DNA from: Octopus bimaculoides
Lineage: Eukaryota
Direction of reading: 5' to 3'
NCBI RefSeq assembly: GCF_001194135.2
Contig: NC_068989.1
Span: 5,416,344 to 5,463,069 of the forward strand
DNA: 46,726 bases
Part shown: positions 24,455 to 36,946 of the stretch, one piece after another
Numbering within the stretch: position 1 is the stretch's first letter
Layout of the letters: every line of letters begins with the position of its first letter
The notes under the pieces: generated by a model
Told to the model about the DNA's origin: nothing
The model's input: only the letters and a program-made list of their open reading frames with translations
Databases searched by the model: none
Position numbers and translations under genes: made by a program

Positions 24455-24572
24455 TTATATGATATGAAGCACCTTGCTCAATAACTCAACGGACCGCCCA
24501 CTCCTGGAATCGAAACCGCATTAGATCTTGGGATCGTGTGCCCGACGCTTTAACCATTAGGCCACGTGCCTC
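24455..24572 (-). mobile_element. SINE group C head only
   Basis: Minus-strand tRNA-like head with GGTTTCGATTCC. Confidence 0.65.
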
Positions 24573-25388
24573 TAACTCTGTACAAAATGAAAAAAAAAAA
24601 AAATACAAAATGAGTAGCAGACATTAGTGCTGCTATCACCGTTACTCATTACTCAAACCTCTGTTAAAACCGATGCAGTACAGATGACTGTAAAATATAA
24701 AGATTAAAAACGATTTAGAACTGCACTTTGAGAAGAATTTTTTCAGTTTCTCTAAACAATCTTTAGATAACAGAATCTGGGAAAAAGAAACTAACCATTC
24801 GAGACGATGGCGAAGTTTGTGATAACACGCATGTTATGGCTTTGAAAGTACATTAATGTGTATGTAGTTATGAAGTAACCAAACGCAAGGAGCCCATGTG
24901 GACAATGAAACTAGATGGAAATGCCATCAGCCTTTGCTGCGGAATCGAACATAACGTATAATTTGGACAATAGTCCAAGCTATATGTTGTGAAAAAACTA
25001 GCTAGAAAGCACGAAAATTCTACACTTTATAACTTCAAAGTATGACCTGAAGGGCTTCCATGAAAAACTTATCGATAAACGTTATCGAAAATTTCCTACT
25101 TCAACAAACAAACATTAACGACAAGTTTGCTTTTGTGATTCTAACCCAAACACGGCATCTCGGAAAGTGAAAGAAAAATTATCGCTTTAAAAAGAACAGT
25201 TCTTTAAAAAGATCTAAATAATTTTGGTCTAAATAATCTCGAATGAAAAAGGATTCCAACTTATGCATCACAACTGAATTTTACTTGTGTTCCGAGATAC
25301 ATATGACTGGTTACTCGGTTACCATGCTGTGTAAGTGACCGAGGGCACAACATTGCCCCTAAATGGGACGCCGGTCCGTTGTAGGATC

Positions 25389-25582
25389 CAAGGCCTGCAA
25401 TTTTAAGGAAAAAGGACCAGTCGACTACATCGACCCCAGTACTTGATTAGCACTTTATTTCATCGACTTCGACGGGATGAAAGGCAAAGCTGACCTCAGT
25501 GGTATTTGAACTCAGAACGTCGAAAGAAATGCCGCCAAGCGTTTTGTTCGACGTGCTAACAAGTGCGCCAGCTTTCCGCCTT
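25389..25582 (-). mobile_element. SINE group A (diverged)
   Basis: Similarity to the other A copies. Confidence 0.8.
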
Positions 25583-25827
25583 ATGTTCAAAGGTTACCCG
25601 TGGAGATTTCTTTCTAAGATAATCATTTCGTATTTGCCGTCAGATAAAAGTGTATTGAAAACTGGTGCGAGAAAATAGTTTGTATAAAGTAGTGTTAGAT
25701 CTGAATGAGAGAAACTGATTGCTTAATACTTTAAATTATAAATATGTTTTGTTTAGCTTCTACATTTATTCATACTGAAATCCCAGTGCTTCATACAAAG
25801 ATTGGCTGTGCGGAATCTTGTCAAGTT

Positions 25828-25867
<40 letters not shown>

Positions 25868-25869
25868 AC

Positions 25870-25903
<34 letters not shown>

Positions 25904-25917
25904 ATATATATAAATAT

Positions 25918-26070
25918 GCTCAGGTATGGACGTGTGGTAGGACATTTGTTTCCCATTGACATGGTTCCGATGTCAGTTCCACAGCGTGTCACCTTGGACA
26001 AGTGGCTTCTACTATAGCCTCGAATCAATCAATGCCTTGTGAATGGATCTGGTCACGGAAACTGAAAGCT
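25918..26070 (+). mobile_element. SINE group B, 5' half
   Basis: Aligns to 14626-14785. Confidence 0.75.
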
Positions 26071-26234
26071 CATCAATTATATTATATCATAGCTTGATAC
26101 TGTGAGGACTGACGTTTCTGGTGACAACTGGATGCAGATTGGTAGTTCCAGTTCTCTGTAGCTACCGAATTTATTGCGTATATAAACAGAGTGGCTGTTT
26201 GTTTCTCTTGGATTGGTCAAAAATGAAGTAAATA

Positions 26235-26275
26235 CCTCTGATGAGAATCTAATAAAGCTCGAAAATCGATTAAGG
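26235..26275 (+). ncRNA. Minimal type I hammerhead ribozyme (Penelope/retrozyme type)
   Basis: CCT-CTGATGA-GA(atctaataaagc)TC-GAA-AATCGATT-A-AGG. Intact core, perfect palindromic stem III, UUA cleavage triplet (A at 26272), 3-bp stem I. Stem II is weak. Confidence 0.7.
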
Positions 26276-26389
26276 ATGGCCATCGATTTTTTCCAATCTC
26301 CGGAAAAATAGTTAAATTTGTCTTCTTTATATATAGACTACATATGTCACACCAACAAACAAACAAACACGCACACAATATATATATGT

Positions 26390-26592
26390 GTGTGTGTGTC
26401 TGTCCGCCACCACCGCTTCATAACCGTTCTGGTTAGTTTACGTCCTCGTAGCAAAGCAGTTCGGCAAAAGAAATTGATAGAATAATTATTTTAAAAATAT
26501 TAATAAATACGTAGCAGGGTTTATTGGTCTGTTTGTTCAAGGCGGCGCCCAAGCATGACCACAATCCAATGACTAGAACAAGTAGACGATAA
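26390..26592 (+). mobile_element. SINE group B, 3' half (probable partner of 25918-26070)
   Basis: Aligns to 14835-15033. Confidence 0.75.
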
Positions 26593-26619
26593 AACACAGT
26601 AATAAAGATACACACACAC

Positions 26620-26782
26620 ACACTAATACGACGGGCTTCGTTCAGTTTCCTTCTACCAAATCCACCCACAAGACTTTGGTAGGCCTGAGGTTATAGTAGA
26701 GGACCCTTGCCCAAGGTGCCACACAGTGGAACTGAACCCGGAACCATGTGGTTGGGAAGCAGACTTCTTGCCACACAGCTAC
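26620..26782 (-). mobile_element. SINE group B, 5' half
   Basis: Reverse complement of 14626-14790, ending in a (CA)n tract. Confidence 0.85.
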
Positions 26783-27137
26783 ATATAAACGACTGAGATA
26801 GATTGATAGATACTTATGTTTTGTGTATGTGTGTGTGAGAGAGAGAGAGAGAGAGAGTGGGGAGTGAAACTGACAGACCGAAAGAGGTTGTGTGTGGACG
26901 TGAATATGTGTGAGTGTGGTCGTATGTATATATATGTGGTGTGTGAATATCTGCGTATGTTTGTGTGTGTTGTCATTGAAGGAGTGGAATACCCCCTCTC
27001 CCTAAGTGTTTCCAGTATGAGCTGAACTTCCGCTAGTCTCACAGAACATTATATTACAGCACAGCATGCTCAAGACCATATTTCAAAGTAAACAGATTGG
27101 AATTGGTAAGGCGTGGTGAGTGTATGCTTGTGTGTGC

Positions 27138-27267
27138 GCATAACGGTGCCATCACTAGTGATCACTCCAAACACCATGATGTTGACTGGACGTCTGATTT
27201 TTATCCCTCTCGGTACATGTTTTGGGGACACGGCAAGCTAACGGTTGTTCTGTGTGTTCACCATCTG
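27138..27267 (-). mobile_element. Tc1/mariner superfamily (maT/DD37D-like) transposase fragment
   Basis: QMVNTQNNR*LAVSP, frameshift, then VPRGIKIRRPVNIMVFGVITSDGTVM (KHPxxxMVFGVI-type motif after the first catalytic D). Confidence 0.7.
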
Positions 27268-27699
27268 TGCGTATGAGAGATTCCGGCGTGAATGCCAAGC
27301 AGTACAGCTTGTCGTTTCCAAATTTCTGGCAGAGTGAATTGCATCATAATGCTTTTCTTTCTCAAAGACAGTGCCCAATCACATGCATACACACAATCAC
27401 GCTCACACATTTGCACGCATGTTTGTTTATTTTAAGAAGTTTGAAACAGTATTCTTGATGCAGTCGCAGTGATTGAAGACAGATTTTCCTCAAATTAAAA
27501 AGTATTTAACTAGAAAAAATTTAATGAAAAATAAACAAGGAATAAAAACAGTAAGAAACGAATATTTTGGGGGAAAAAAGCCTCTTACCAAAAGATTTGT
27601 GTCATGCTGTTTATTTAATGACTTATTTTATATAATTAAGTTAGGAAATTTTTCACATACATATATACATACATTCATAGTTACACACAAGCACATGCA

Positions 27700-27765
27700 C
27701 ATATACATATATATGTGCACACACACACACACACATATATATACATATATACATACATACATACG

Positions 27766-27797
<32 letters not shown>

Positions 27798-27833
27798 AGT
27801 ATATATACATCTCTCTCCCCATATCTCTCTCTC

Positions 27834-27888
<55 letters not shown>
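27700..27888. repeat. (AT/CA)n and (CT)n microsatellites running into a gap
   Basis: Direct reading. Confidence 0.9.
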
Positions 27889-28865
27889 NNNNNNNNNNNN
27901 NNNNNNNNNNNNNNNNNNNNNNNNNNNNNNNNNNNNNNNNNNNNNNNNNNNNNNNNNNNNNNNNNNNNNNNNNNNNNNNNNNNNNNNNNNNNNNNNNNNN
28001 NNNNNNNNNNNNNNNNNNNNNNNNNNNNNNNNNNNNNNNNNNNNNNNNNNNNNNNNNNNNNNNNNNNNNNNNNNNNNNNNNNNNNNNNNNNNNNNNNNNN
28101 NNNNNNNNNNNNNNNNNNNNNNNNNNNNNNNNNNNNNNNNNNNNNNNNNNNNNNNNNNNNNNNNNNNNNNNNNNNNNNNNNNNNNNNNNNNNNNNNNNNN
28201 NNNNNNNNNNNNNNNNNNNNNNNNNNNNNNNNNNNNNNNNNNNNNNNNNNNNNNNNNNNNNNNNNNNNNNNNNNNNNNNNNNNNNNNNNNNNNNNNNNNN
28301 NNNNNNNNNNNNNNNNNNNNNNNNNNNNNNNNNNNNNNNNNNNNNNNNNNNNNNNNNNNNNNNNNNNNNNNNNNNNNNNNNNNNNNNNNNNNNNNNNNNN
28401 NNNNNNNNNNNNNNNNNNNNNNNNNNNNNNNNNNNNNNNNNNNNNNNNNNNNNNNNNNNNNNNNNNNNNNNNNNNNNNNNNNNNNNNNNNNNNNNNNNNN
28501 NNNNNNNNNNNNNNNNNNNNNNNNNNNNNNNNNNNNNNNNNNNNNNNNNNNNNNNNNNNNNNNNNNNNNNNNNNNNNNNNNNNNNNNNNNNNNNNNNNNN
28601 NNNNNNNNNNNNNNNNNNNNNNNNNNNNNNNNNNNNNNNNNNNNNNNNNNNNNNNNNNNNNNNNNNNNNNNNNNNNNNNNNNNNNNNNNNNNNNNNNNNN
28701 NNNNNNNNNNNNNNNNNNNNNNNNNNNNNNNNNNNNNNNNNNNNNNNNNNNNNNNNNNNNNNNNNNNNNNNNNNNNNNNNNNNNNNNNNNNNNNNNNNNN
28801 NNNNNNNNNNNNNNNNNNNNNNNNNNNNNNNNNNNNNNNNNNNNNNNNNNNNNNNNNNNNNNNNN

Positions 28866-29056
28866 CAAGGCCCGAAATTTTGGGGAGGGGGCCAGCCGAT
28901 TAGATCGATCCAAGTACGCAACTGGTACTTAATTTATCGACCCCGAAAGGATGAAAGGTAAAGTTGACCTCGGCGAAATTTGAACTCACAACGTAACGGC
29001 AAACGAAATACAGCTAAGCATTTCGCCCAGCATACTAACGTTTCTGCCAGCTCGCG

Positions 29057-29058
<2 letters not shown>
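28866..29058 (-). mobile_element. SINE group A (tail runs into the gap)
   Basis: High similarity to 1048-1264. Confidence 0.9.
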
Positions 29059-29125
<67 letters not shown>

Positions 29126-29357
29126 NNNNNNNNNNNNNNNNNNNNNNNNNNNNNNNNNNNNNNNNNNNNNNNNNNNNNNNNNNNNNNNNNNNNNNNNNNN
29201 NNNNNNNNNNNNNNNNNNNNNNNNNNNNNNNNNNNNNNNNNNNNNNNNNNNNNNNNNNNNNNNNNNNNNNNNNNNNNNNNNNNNNNNNNNNNNNNNNNNN
29301 NNNNNNNNNNNNNNNNNNNNNNNNNNNNNNNNNNNNNNNNNNNNNNNNNNNNNNNNN

Positions 29358-29389
<32 letters not shown>

Positions 29390-30136
29390 TCCTTATGTCA
29401 GTGGGTGTGAATGCGAATGTTTGTGTACGCATCAACCAGGTAAGCATTCAAATACGTTGATAAAGTTGTAGTTACGTGCAGAAATACAAAATAAATAAAT
29501 AAATAAATATTAGTCAATAAAAATTGACTAATATCATTGTCATGGTATTCATAAGTTGAAACACGATTTCGAAAGCCACTTGAGAAATGAAAAGAGAAGT
29601 AACACGAAACAATATAACAGTTGACAGTATTATCTCATATTTATAATTCGGTCATAAAAGCCCTTTGTCAAGAAGAAAAAACAACAAAACAACAACCTAT
29701 ATTTGTGTAAAGATATTTTGGAGATGGGGGTTGAACAACTGACATTGCACTTAATTTCAATAACAGTTTTTAATTTTATATTCGTTTACATACATATAAT
29801 AGTTGCATTTACGTCATATATTTTTAGATTTCTACAATAAAAAATACAAACTGTATGTGTATGAGTGTGTGTGTGTGTGTGTGTTTTGCAGACACATTTT
29901 TGATTTACGAATATATATATATAGGTCCCTTCCACGCACGCATCTCCATTTATATACTTGTTAAAGAATGCTCACTTATATCCAGTGTGATTGTTTTGTA
30001 CAAGTCATTGTTCTCTATGTCGGACTCCATTTCTCTCGTTTTCTTTGTTATGTCTGTCTTTTCATTTTACTCTCTTCGTAAGTGCACATGTTATAGGGAG
30101 TACTTTGTTGTTGATCCCATCAGTAACAGAGTAAGT

Positions 30137-30185
<49 letters not shown>

Positions 30186-30633
30186 NNNNNNNNNNNNNNN
30201 NNNNNNNNNNNNNNNNNNNNNNNNNNNNNNNNNNNNNNNNNNNNNNNNNNNNNNNNNNNNNNNNNNNNNNNNNNNNNNNNNNNNNNNNNNNNNNNNNNNN
30301 NNNNNNNNNNNNNNNNNNNNNNNNNNNNNNNNNNNNNNNNNNNNNNNNNNNNNNNNNNNNNNNNNNNNNNNNNNNNNNNNNNNNNNNNNNNNNNNNNNNN
30401 NNNNNNNNNNNNNNNNNNNNNNNNNNNNNNNNNNNNNNNNNNNNNNNNNNNNNNNNNNNNNNNNNNNNNNNNNNNNNNNNNNNNNNNNNNNNNNNNNNNT
30501 GATAGAAAAGACAACAAAAGAAAGAAAGAGACCTCGATATTATGTAAATAGAGGAATTTATCTGTAAAAATATGTGACACTTATTCGGTAGCCATGATAA
30601 AACTCCGAGTTTCGGATGCCGGGGCGGAAACCC

Positions 30634-31276
30634 AATCAATTTTCTGACAACTGGATGTTACTGTAACAGTTTTTCCTTGTTGCAAAAATGAATAATGAAT
30701 AACCCCCTTTGTTGATCAAACAGTGACCATCAACTTTTTAGAGTGCAATGGTGGTTTGGGGTAGTGTTTTGGTAACTCTCCTGTATCTAACCACGGCCCT
30801 GTCCCCCTGCTGTTATCAAGGAACATCCATTTCTCATCACACGTAATGAGTCGATACAAAATGGTTCTCTTTCCGACCGAGAAACCAACATGGAACACAC
30901 TTTAAGGCGTCTGTTTCTTTGATGGGGAACAAACCTATCCATCTTTTTTGACTTCTCCAATTTTTTTCAAGTTCCTCAAAGCAGTTGCGGGAGCTGTCTG
31001 GAGCTATGATTCGATTTTTCGGACCTTTGCTCTCGGATTTCGTTTAACCAAAGCATTCAATTCATCATGCCGAATAACTAATCTTGGTCTCCCTCTTGGT
31101 TCACTTTTAAGGCTTTCATTTTTTGATCGAAATCTTTTGGACCATCTCTGAACAGTTCTAATGTTAACAAAATCGTTACCAAAATCCCGCTTGATGCTTC
31201 GTAGAGCTTCAGTGGTAGAGTGACCCAACTTGTATTCGTACAAGAAAATCACTCGGTATTGTTCAGTTGTCAACAT
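30634..31276 (-). pseudogene. Mariner transposase pseudogene, N-terminal half
   Basis: ATG at 31276: MLTTEQYRVIFLYEYKLGH...RTVQRWSKRFRS...EPRGRP...KKMDRFVPH (WVPHEL equivalent)...RLITCDEKWMFLDN...PKPPLHSKKLMVTV*STKGVIHYSFL. Stops and frameshifts; the catalytic C-terminal half is absent. Confidence 0.95.
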
Positions 31277-31586
31277 CGTGAAAAAAGCTGTGGGCAGCAA
31301 TTTTGAATAATAGTATTGTCAAGAAAGAAAGAAAAGCTAAGAGTAAGCACAAGCTTACATAGAAACTCATTAAAAATCCATTTATAGATGACTCATAAGA
31401 AACTCATTTAAAATACATTTCATGTGTCTATGTGGGTGTGTTTTATGCATGCGTGTGTGTGTAAGTGTGTATGTGTGAGTGAGTATCTGTGAAAGTGTGT
31501 GTGAGAGTGCGAGTGTGATTGCGTGTGTGCATGTACCTTCGTGTCTGTGTTTGGAATCACCACCATCGCTTGTTTTGGCGGTTACT

Positions 31587-31730
31587 TTGCAAGAAAAATG
31601 TCTGACATAGTTGTTGCTGGGATATGAATTTTCACCAACAGATGATAAAAGCTGTGGAGATATAATGTAAATTTCTGAGTAATGTTTTACGGCAGATATT
31701 GCAGTGGTACGGTTGCTCGTATGTATGAAT
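31587..31730 (-). pseudogene. Decayed C2H2 zinc-finger array fragment (about 2 fingers)
   Basis: IHTYEQPYHCNICRKTLLRN, a -1 frameshift to LHSFYH, then GENSYP; resembles HTGEKPYHCDICGKSF linker-finger units. Confidence 0.5.
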
Positions 31731-31751
31731 ATTTCTTTATCATATAACGAT

Positions 31752-31922
31752 TTCAACTTTTGGCACAAGGCCAGCAGCTTTAAGAGAGGGAGTAAATTGA
31801 TTACAGCGACCCCTATGTTCAACTGGTACGTATTTTATCGACTCTGCGTTTCGGTGGAATAAGAGCCAGAAAAAAAATTCCGCAAAGCATTTTGTCCGAT
31901 GCGCTAACCATTCTGTCAGCTC
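31752..31922 (-). mobile_element. SINE group A (diverged, internally deleted)
   Basis: Similarity to the other A copies. Confidence 0.7.
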
Positions 31923-32738
31923 ATGTGTGTCACGTAATGTAAAGTGTATTTTTTGTAGAATGTTTTATTACCGATATTAATGACTTGTGCTTTCTCGCAT
32001 GGTCAAGAATACTCATACACAATTACAAATAACCGAGTTTAGTGAGTCCTACACCAGCAACGGTCGGTATTTAAACTTGTGTCAAATGATTTGTATTCAT
32101 TGGTGTCCTCAAATTTTCTAAATGTTTTTATCACCGTGTCTTACATATCACCCATATCGTCCACTCTTTTAATTAACAACAGCGTGAAAAATAAACCAGG
32201 TTAATAAACCTGATTCCCATACTGTTTTTTTTATACATTACGTCATTTGTTGCCCATAAACCTCAACTATAATTTCGGCCACTGTATTCCCGTTTGAAGG
32301 GAAATAGCATGCCAGTTAGTGAGTCAAAGCGACATTGTAATCAATATACTAAACCTTTCTGCACAAGGTCATCAATAAAACCAGAGTATAACACGCAGAA
32401 TAGAGAATACAATCTTTTCTCTACGACAATAAAAAAATTTGTAAACGTCTGTACTTACAACTCGACTATAAATAAACATTTTAAAAGTTTTTTTAGGACA
32501 GAACTATACACCTAGATTTTAACCGTATACATACATGCTTGTGACGCACAATTTATTTATGCATTTATAGTAAAGAAGTGTCGGTGGCTTCGAAGTTACA
32601 AACCTGACTTTTAAAACTTTTATAGTTTCAAAATAAACGTCATAACTATACTTCGTGTTGTGAGACGTGTTGTATACTTTATAGACTGTGATTTTGGCAA
32701 TCATGCTAACGTGGGGGTGATCACCCCAATTATATATG

Positions 32739-32782
<44 letters not shown>

Positions 32783-32906
32783 ACTTGGGGATGGTCATAT
32801 TGCCAGTTTAGCCAATAAAAACACACGCACTGTATATTTGGTGTTAATTTGCTTCAGCTTTATATTACATTAATCTTAATCTTATTTTTGTATATANNNN
32901 NNNNNN

Positions 32907-32944
<38 letters not shown>

Positions 32945-33392
32945 TGTGTATATATATATATATATATAGACATACATATATATAGACATACATATATATA
33001 TTATTATTATTTATTATTAATTTTTTAAGGTCAAATTCATGGGGGTCGACTATTACATGAATATTACTTTTGAGGGGCTGAAGTTCAAGCTAGAGTCCAG
33101 CAGCAGAAGCCCAACTGATCTCTAAACGAATAAAAACAAAAACACAATGAATTACAGAAATATTACCAATTCTATGCACCAAAATGCAGGTCCTTGTAAA
33201 TAACAAAACCTATAAACCAGACCGCGTAGCTCTTATAAATATTTACACTTTCTCTTTTAGTTGTACCCATCATACTTAACAAACTAGCTGAGTGAAATCA
33301 ATTTATAACTCATAATTATGTTATATTACCACCGGTAATATATCTACCCGCTACCGGCATGCCACTATCTTCCGTTATACGCGCATACAACT

Positions 33393-33429
33393 GATACCTA
33401 CTCGGGGTATTTCACATATAACTCTTCAG
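33393..33429 (-). ncRNA. Partial hammerhead-like motif
   Basis: CTGAAGA-G-ttatatg-T-GAA-ATACC-ccgagta-GGTAT-C. Core, 5-bp stem III and AUC triplet are present; stem I is absent and stem II is wobble-only. Confidence 0.3.
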
Positions 33430-33747
33430 TAACACTATACTATTTTCATATTCATGGTTAAAGTCATACTCATCAAATGTGGTGCATTTTTATTTCTAAT
33501 TAATTAAATGAAATTTAATGTTTTAAATACCAAAACTGATAAAAAAAAAAGCAGACGTAGAACACTGCTTTGCACCATCAATAATCTCCACCGAAAACGT
33601 TTCCTTCTTCGTAAATGTCCATAATTTGGTGTAGAGTTGTGAATCTGGAGCAGGGATTCGCAAAGTGTGTTTTGCGAAACCCCAGGGGTTCTACGTTGAA
33701 GAATTCCGCGGCAAAAAAAAAAAGAAAAAAAAGGGAACCATTGATCT

Positions 33748-34070
33748 AGCGATTAACTCAATGTTTTTATGCTTACCGAAGCCATGCGTCTGTACGAATT
33801 CATACAGTGCTGTTTGCTGTTGTTCGCCGATAGTGTTGCCTGTGAAACACGTTTCTCACCATGTAAACAGACAAGCGTATGACGCATAGTATTTCGAGAT
33901 AAGGCAAGTATAAAAGTCGCACGAGCACCAGCGATTAATTGAATGTTTTTACGCTTACGAAAAGTCATGCTTTTGTACGAATTCAGACAGTGACGTTTGC
34001 CAGTGTTCACTGTCTGTGAAACGCGTTTCTCGCCATGTAAACAACAAGTGTATGAAGCATGTGTTTATTG
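33748..34070. repeat. Diverged 182-bp tandem repeat (at least 1.8 units, running toward a gap)
   Basis: Units start at 33748 and 33930 (agcgattaa...gtacgaattca...ctgtgaaac...catgtaaac). Confidence 0.85.
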
Positions 34071-34760
34071 TGCTTGATGATGTATGCACTCTTGCAGCAT
34101 ATCNNNNNNNNNNNNNNNNNNNNNNNNNNNNNNNNNNNNNNNNNNNNNNNNNNNNNNNNNNNNNNNNNNNNNNNNNNNNNNNNNNNNNNNNNNNNNNNNN
34201 NNNNNNNNNNNNNNNNNNNNNNNNNNNNNNNNNNNNNNNNNNNNNNNNNNNNNNNNNNNNNNNNNNNNNNNNNNNNNNNNNNNNNNNNNNNNNNNNNNNN
34301 NNNNNNNNNNNNNNNNNNNNNNNNNNNNNNNNNNNNNNNNNNNNNNNNNNNNNNNNNNNNNNNNNNNNNNNNNNNNNNNNNNNNNNNNNNNNNNNNNNNN
34401 NNNNNNNNNNNNNNNNNNNNNNNNNNNNNNNNNNNNNNNNNNNNNNNNNNNNNNNNNNNNNNNNNNNNNNNNNNNNNNNNNNNNNNNNNNNNNNNNNNNN
34501 NNNNNNNNNNNNNNNNNNNNNNNNNNNNNNNNNNNNNNNNNNNNNNNNNNNNNNNNNNNNNNNNNNNNNNNNNNNNNNNNNNNNNNNNNNNNNNNNNNNN
34601 NNNNNTATATATACACATATATATATATATATAATCAAGGGTACAGGATAGTACCAGCGTTGCCAGAAATAAGAGTTGAAAACTATTCAAATAAGCCACA
34701 ATATCACTAAAAAGTTAACAGTTTGACGAAATCGAGGAGCGAGTAAAAATAGCATATGTA

Positions 34761-34797
<37 letters not shown>

Positions 34798-35706
34798 TTG
34801 TAGATATATGCATATATACATACATAGTTAGATAACAGGGCAGCGTTGTTAGTAGGAGAGGTTAGGGTGGTTAGGAGGAAGGTGGAATAAAATAAAATAA
34901 AATAAAACAAGAGACAATAAAAAGTAGGAGCGTCCAACGAGGTATAAGGTTTAATTTGTTGCAATAGATTTATGGATATAAAAGTAGATATAAAGTAGAG
35001 ATGTAGATAAACAGATATTAACATACACACATACACGCACACACACACTTATATGATTAGTCTACACCTGCATGTTATTTTGTATAAGAGCTTAAGCAAA
35101 AAAATAATACACTATCTCTTCTCTACAGTTGGGGATTATCGACTTCCATACATATTGCAAACGGATATGGAACGCAGACAATGGAGACAATAGATCTAAA
35201 GTACTTGTGAAAGAAATTGTTGATTCCGCCTCGGAAATTCTACAATCTCCGAGGAAACAGAAAATGTGATAAAATGTTTACGTTGTGAAGCTATCTGTTA
35301 ATTACGTAAGAGGAGGTATTGTTTTAAATTCAAATTAAGGAGTCGCCCACCATTAGCGAAAAGAAAAAAAAAACAAAAAAAACAACGTACTTGTATTGGA
35401 AATTAACCTATTTAGTTTTTTGAAAGAGTTTAGTATTTTAAAGCAGAAATAACGATATGTTACGCCTGCTAAACTAAAGTTGGACTTAAAATCAATAAAC
35501 TTCTTCACCAACTTATTGTTATTTTCAAGCAAAATAGTAAACAATATATAGATTAAACCAGTAAGGAAGACGAAATAATAGATAGCAAGGGTTTTATTCT
35601 ATAAAACTCTCAAAATGGAAATATATATTCTTTGGTTGCAATGGGAAGTTAGTTTGAATGTGGAAGTCTGATACGAAAGGATTTCAGTCGGCAACAAGTA
35701 ATGATA

Positions 35707-35776
35707 AACGAAATTCGCTGCTTCCAGTTCAGGGTGGTGCATGCAGTGACCAGATAGTCGCAACCGCCTTTGCCTG

Positions 35777-35778
<2 letters not shown>
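35707..35778 (-). mobile_element. RTE-clade LINE fragment
   Basis: IRQRRLRLSGHCMHHPELEAANF, matching the RRLRxAGHxxR motif of RTE. Confidence 0.65.
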
Positions 35779-35816
<38 letters not shown>

Positions 35817-35818
35817 GT

Positions 35819-35858
<40 letters not shown>

Positions 35859-35884
35859 ACGAGCGCGCGTGTGTTTGTCCTTGT

Positions 35885-36069
35885 GCTTGTTTCTCCACCC
35901 CACCGTTTGACAACCTGTGCGAGTTTGTTTTCGCGCCCGTAAATAGGCGAACCGATAGATTAAGCACCAGACTTAACAAAATAAGTTCAGAGATTTACTT
36001 GGACCAAAACCCTTCAGGGCAGCGCCCCAGCATGGCCACAGTCCAATGACCGAAACAAATGAAAAGACA
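35885..36069 (+). mobile_element. SINE group B, 3' half
   Basis: Follows a (TA)(TG) tract; aligns to the B tail. Confidence 0.75.
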
Positions 36070-36440
36070 AAATGATCGATCAGTTAATGCAACCCTAGAT
36101 TCGAGTGGTCATTCATTTGGAATACATTTAATTATCGATCTGTTTGTTCAATGACGATTGACTTGGAGTTAAACATAAGCAACAGTAGTGACGAAGACGA
36201 CAACAACAACAACCAGTAACAAAAAAATCTTTGAAATTATATGCTGTTGACCATTATTATTTGAAAACCAGAACGAGAAAATCGATTGTTTTCTTCGTAA
36301 TATATCGGCCATCATGAACATGCCTCATGTATTTTCATATATATTATTCATTGATTAATTAGTGGTGCACCAATAGTGTTTTGTTTCAAGGCTATAGTGT
36401 AACAGAATATATTTATAGATTTTAGCACGCATTGTATATA

Positions 36441-36713
36441 TAGGCGTAGGCATGGTTGTGTGGTTAAGAAACGCGTTTTGCAGCCTTGTAGTTTCAGGTT
36501 CGCTCCCACCGATCTATTGCGCTGATCCGACCAATGCTTTGTGAGTGAATTTGATAGACGTAAACTGTATTAAAGCCCATCGTATCTATCTATCTTTCTA
36601 AGTGTGTATATGTCTGCATTTGTAACCGCTCACTGCTTGAAAACCGGTGTTGTTTTGTTTACGTCTCCGTAATTTAGCGGTTAAGGAAAAAGCCGATAGA
36701 GTAAGTACCAAAC
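36441..36713 (+). mobile_element. SINE group B, truncated at the adjoining group A copy
   Basis: Head, internal short repeat and start of the 3' half. Confidence 0.7.
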
Positions 36714-36946
36714 AAGGCGGTGAGCTGGCAGAAACGTTAGCACGCCGGGAGACATGTTTAGCGGTATTTCATCTGCCTTTACGTTCGGAGTTCAAATTCT
36801 GCCGAGGTCGACTTTGCCTTTCATCCTTTCGGGGTCGATAAATTAAGTACCAGTTACGCACTGGGGTCGGTGTAATCGACTTAATCCTTTTGTCTGTCCT
36901 TGTTTGTCCCCTCTATGTTTAGCCCCTTGTGGGCAATAAAGAAATA
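36714..36946 (+). mobile_element. SINE group A, full length, tail 2
   Basis: AAGGCGGTGAGCTGGCAGAAACG head, GGAGTTCAAATTC B-box-like motif, tail ...gggcaataaagaaata. Confidence 0.92.

Noticed and set aside
36714-36810. tRNA-like A/B boxes here and in other SINE heads
   Set aside because: No complete cloverleaf; each continues into a SINE body.
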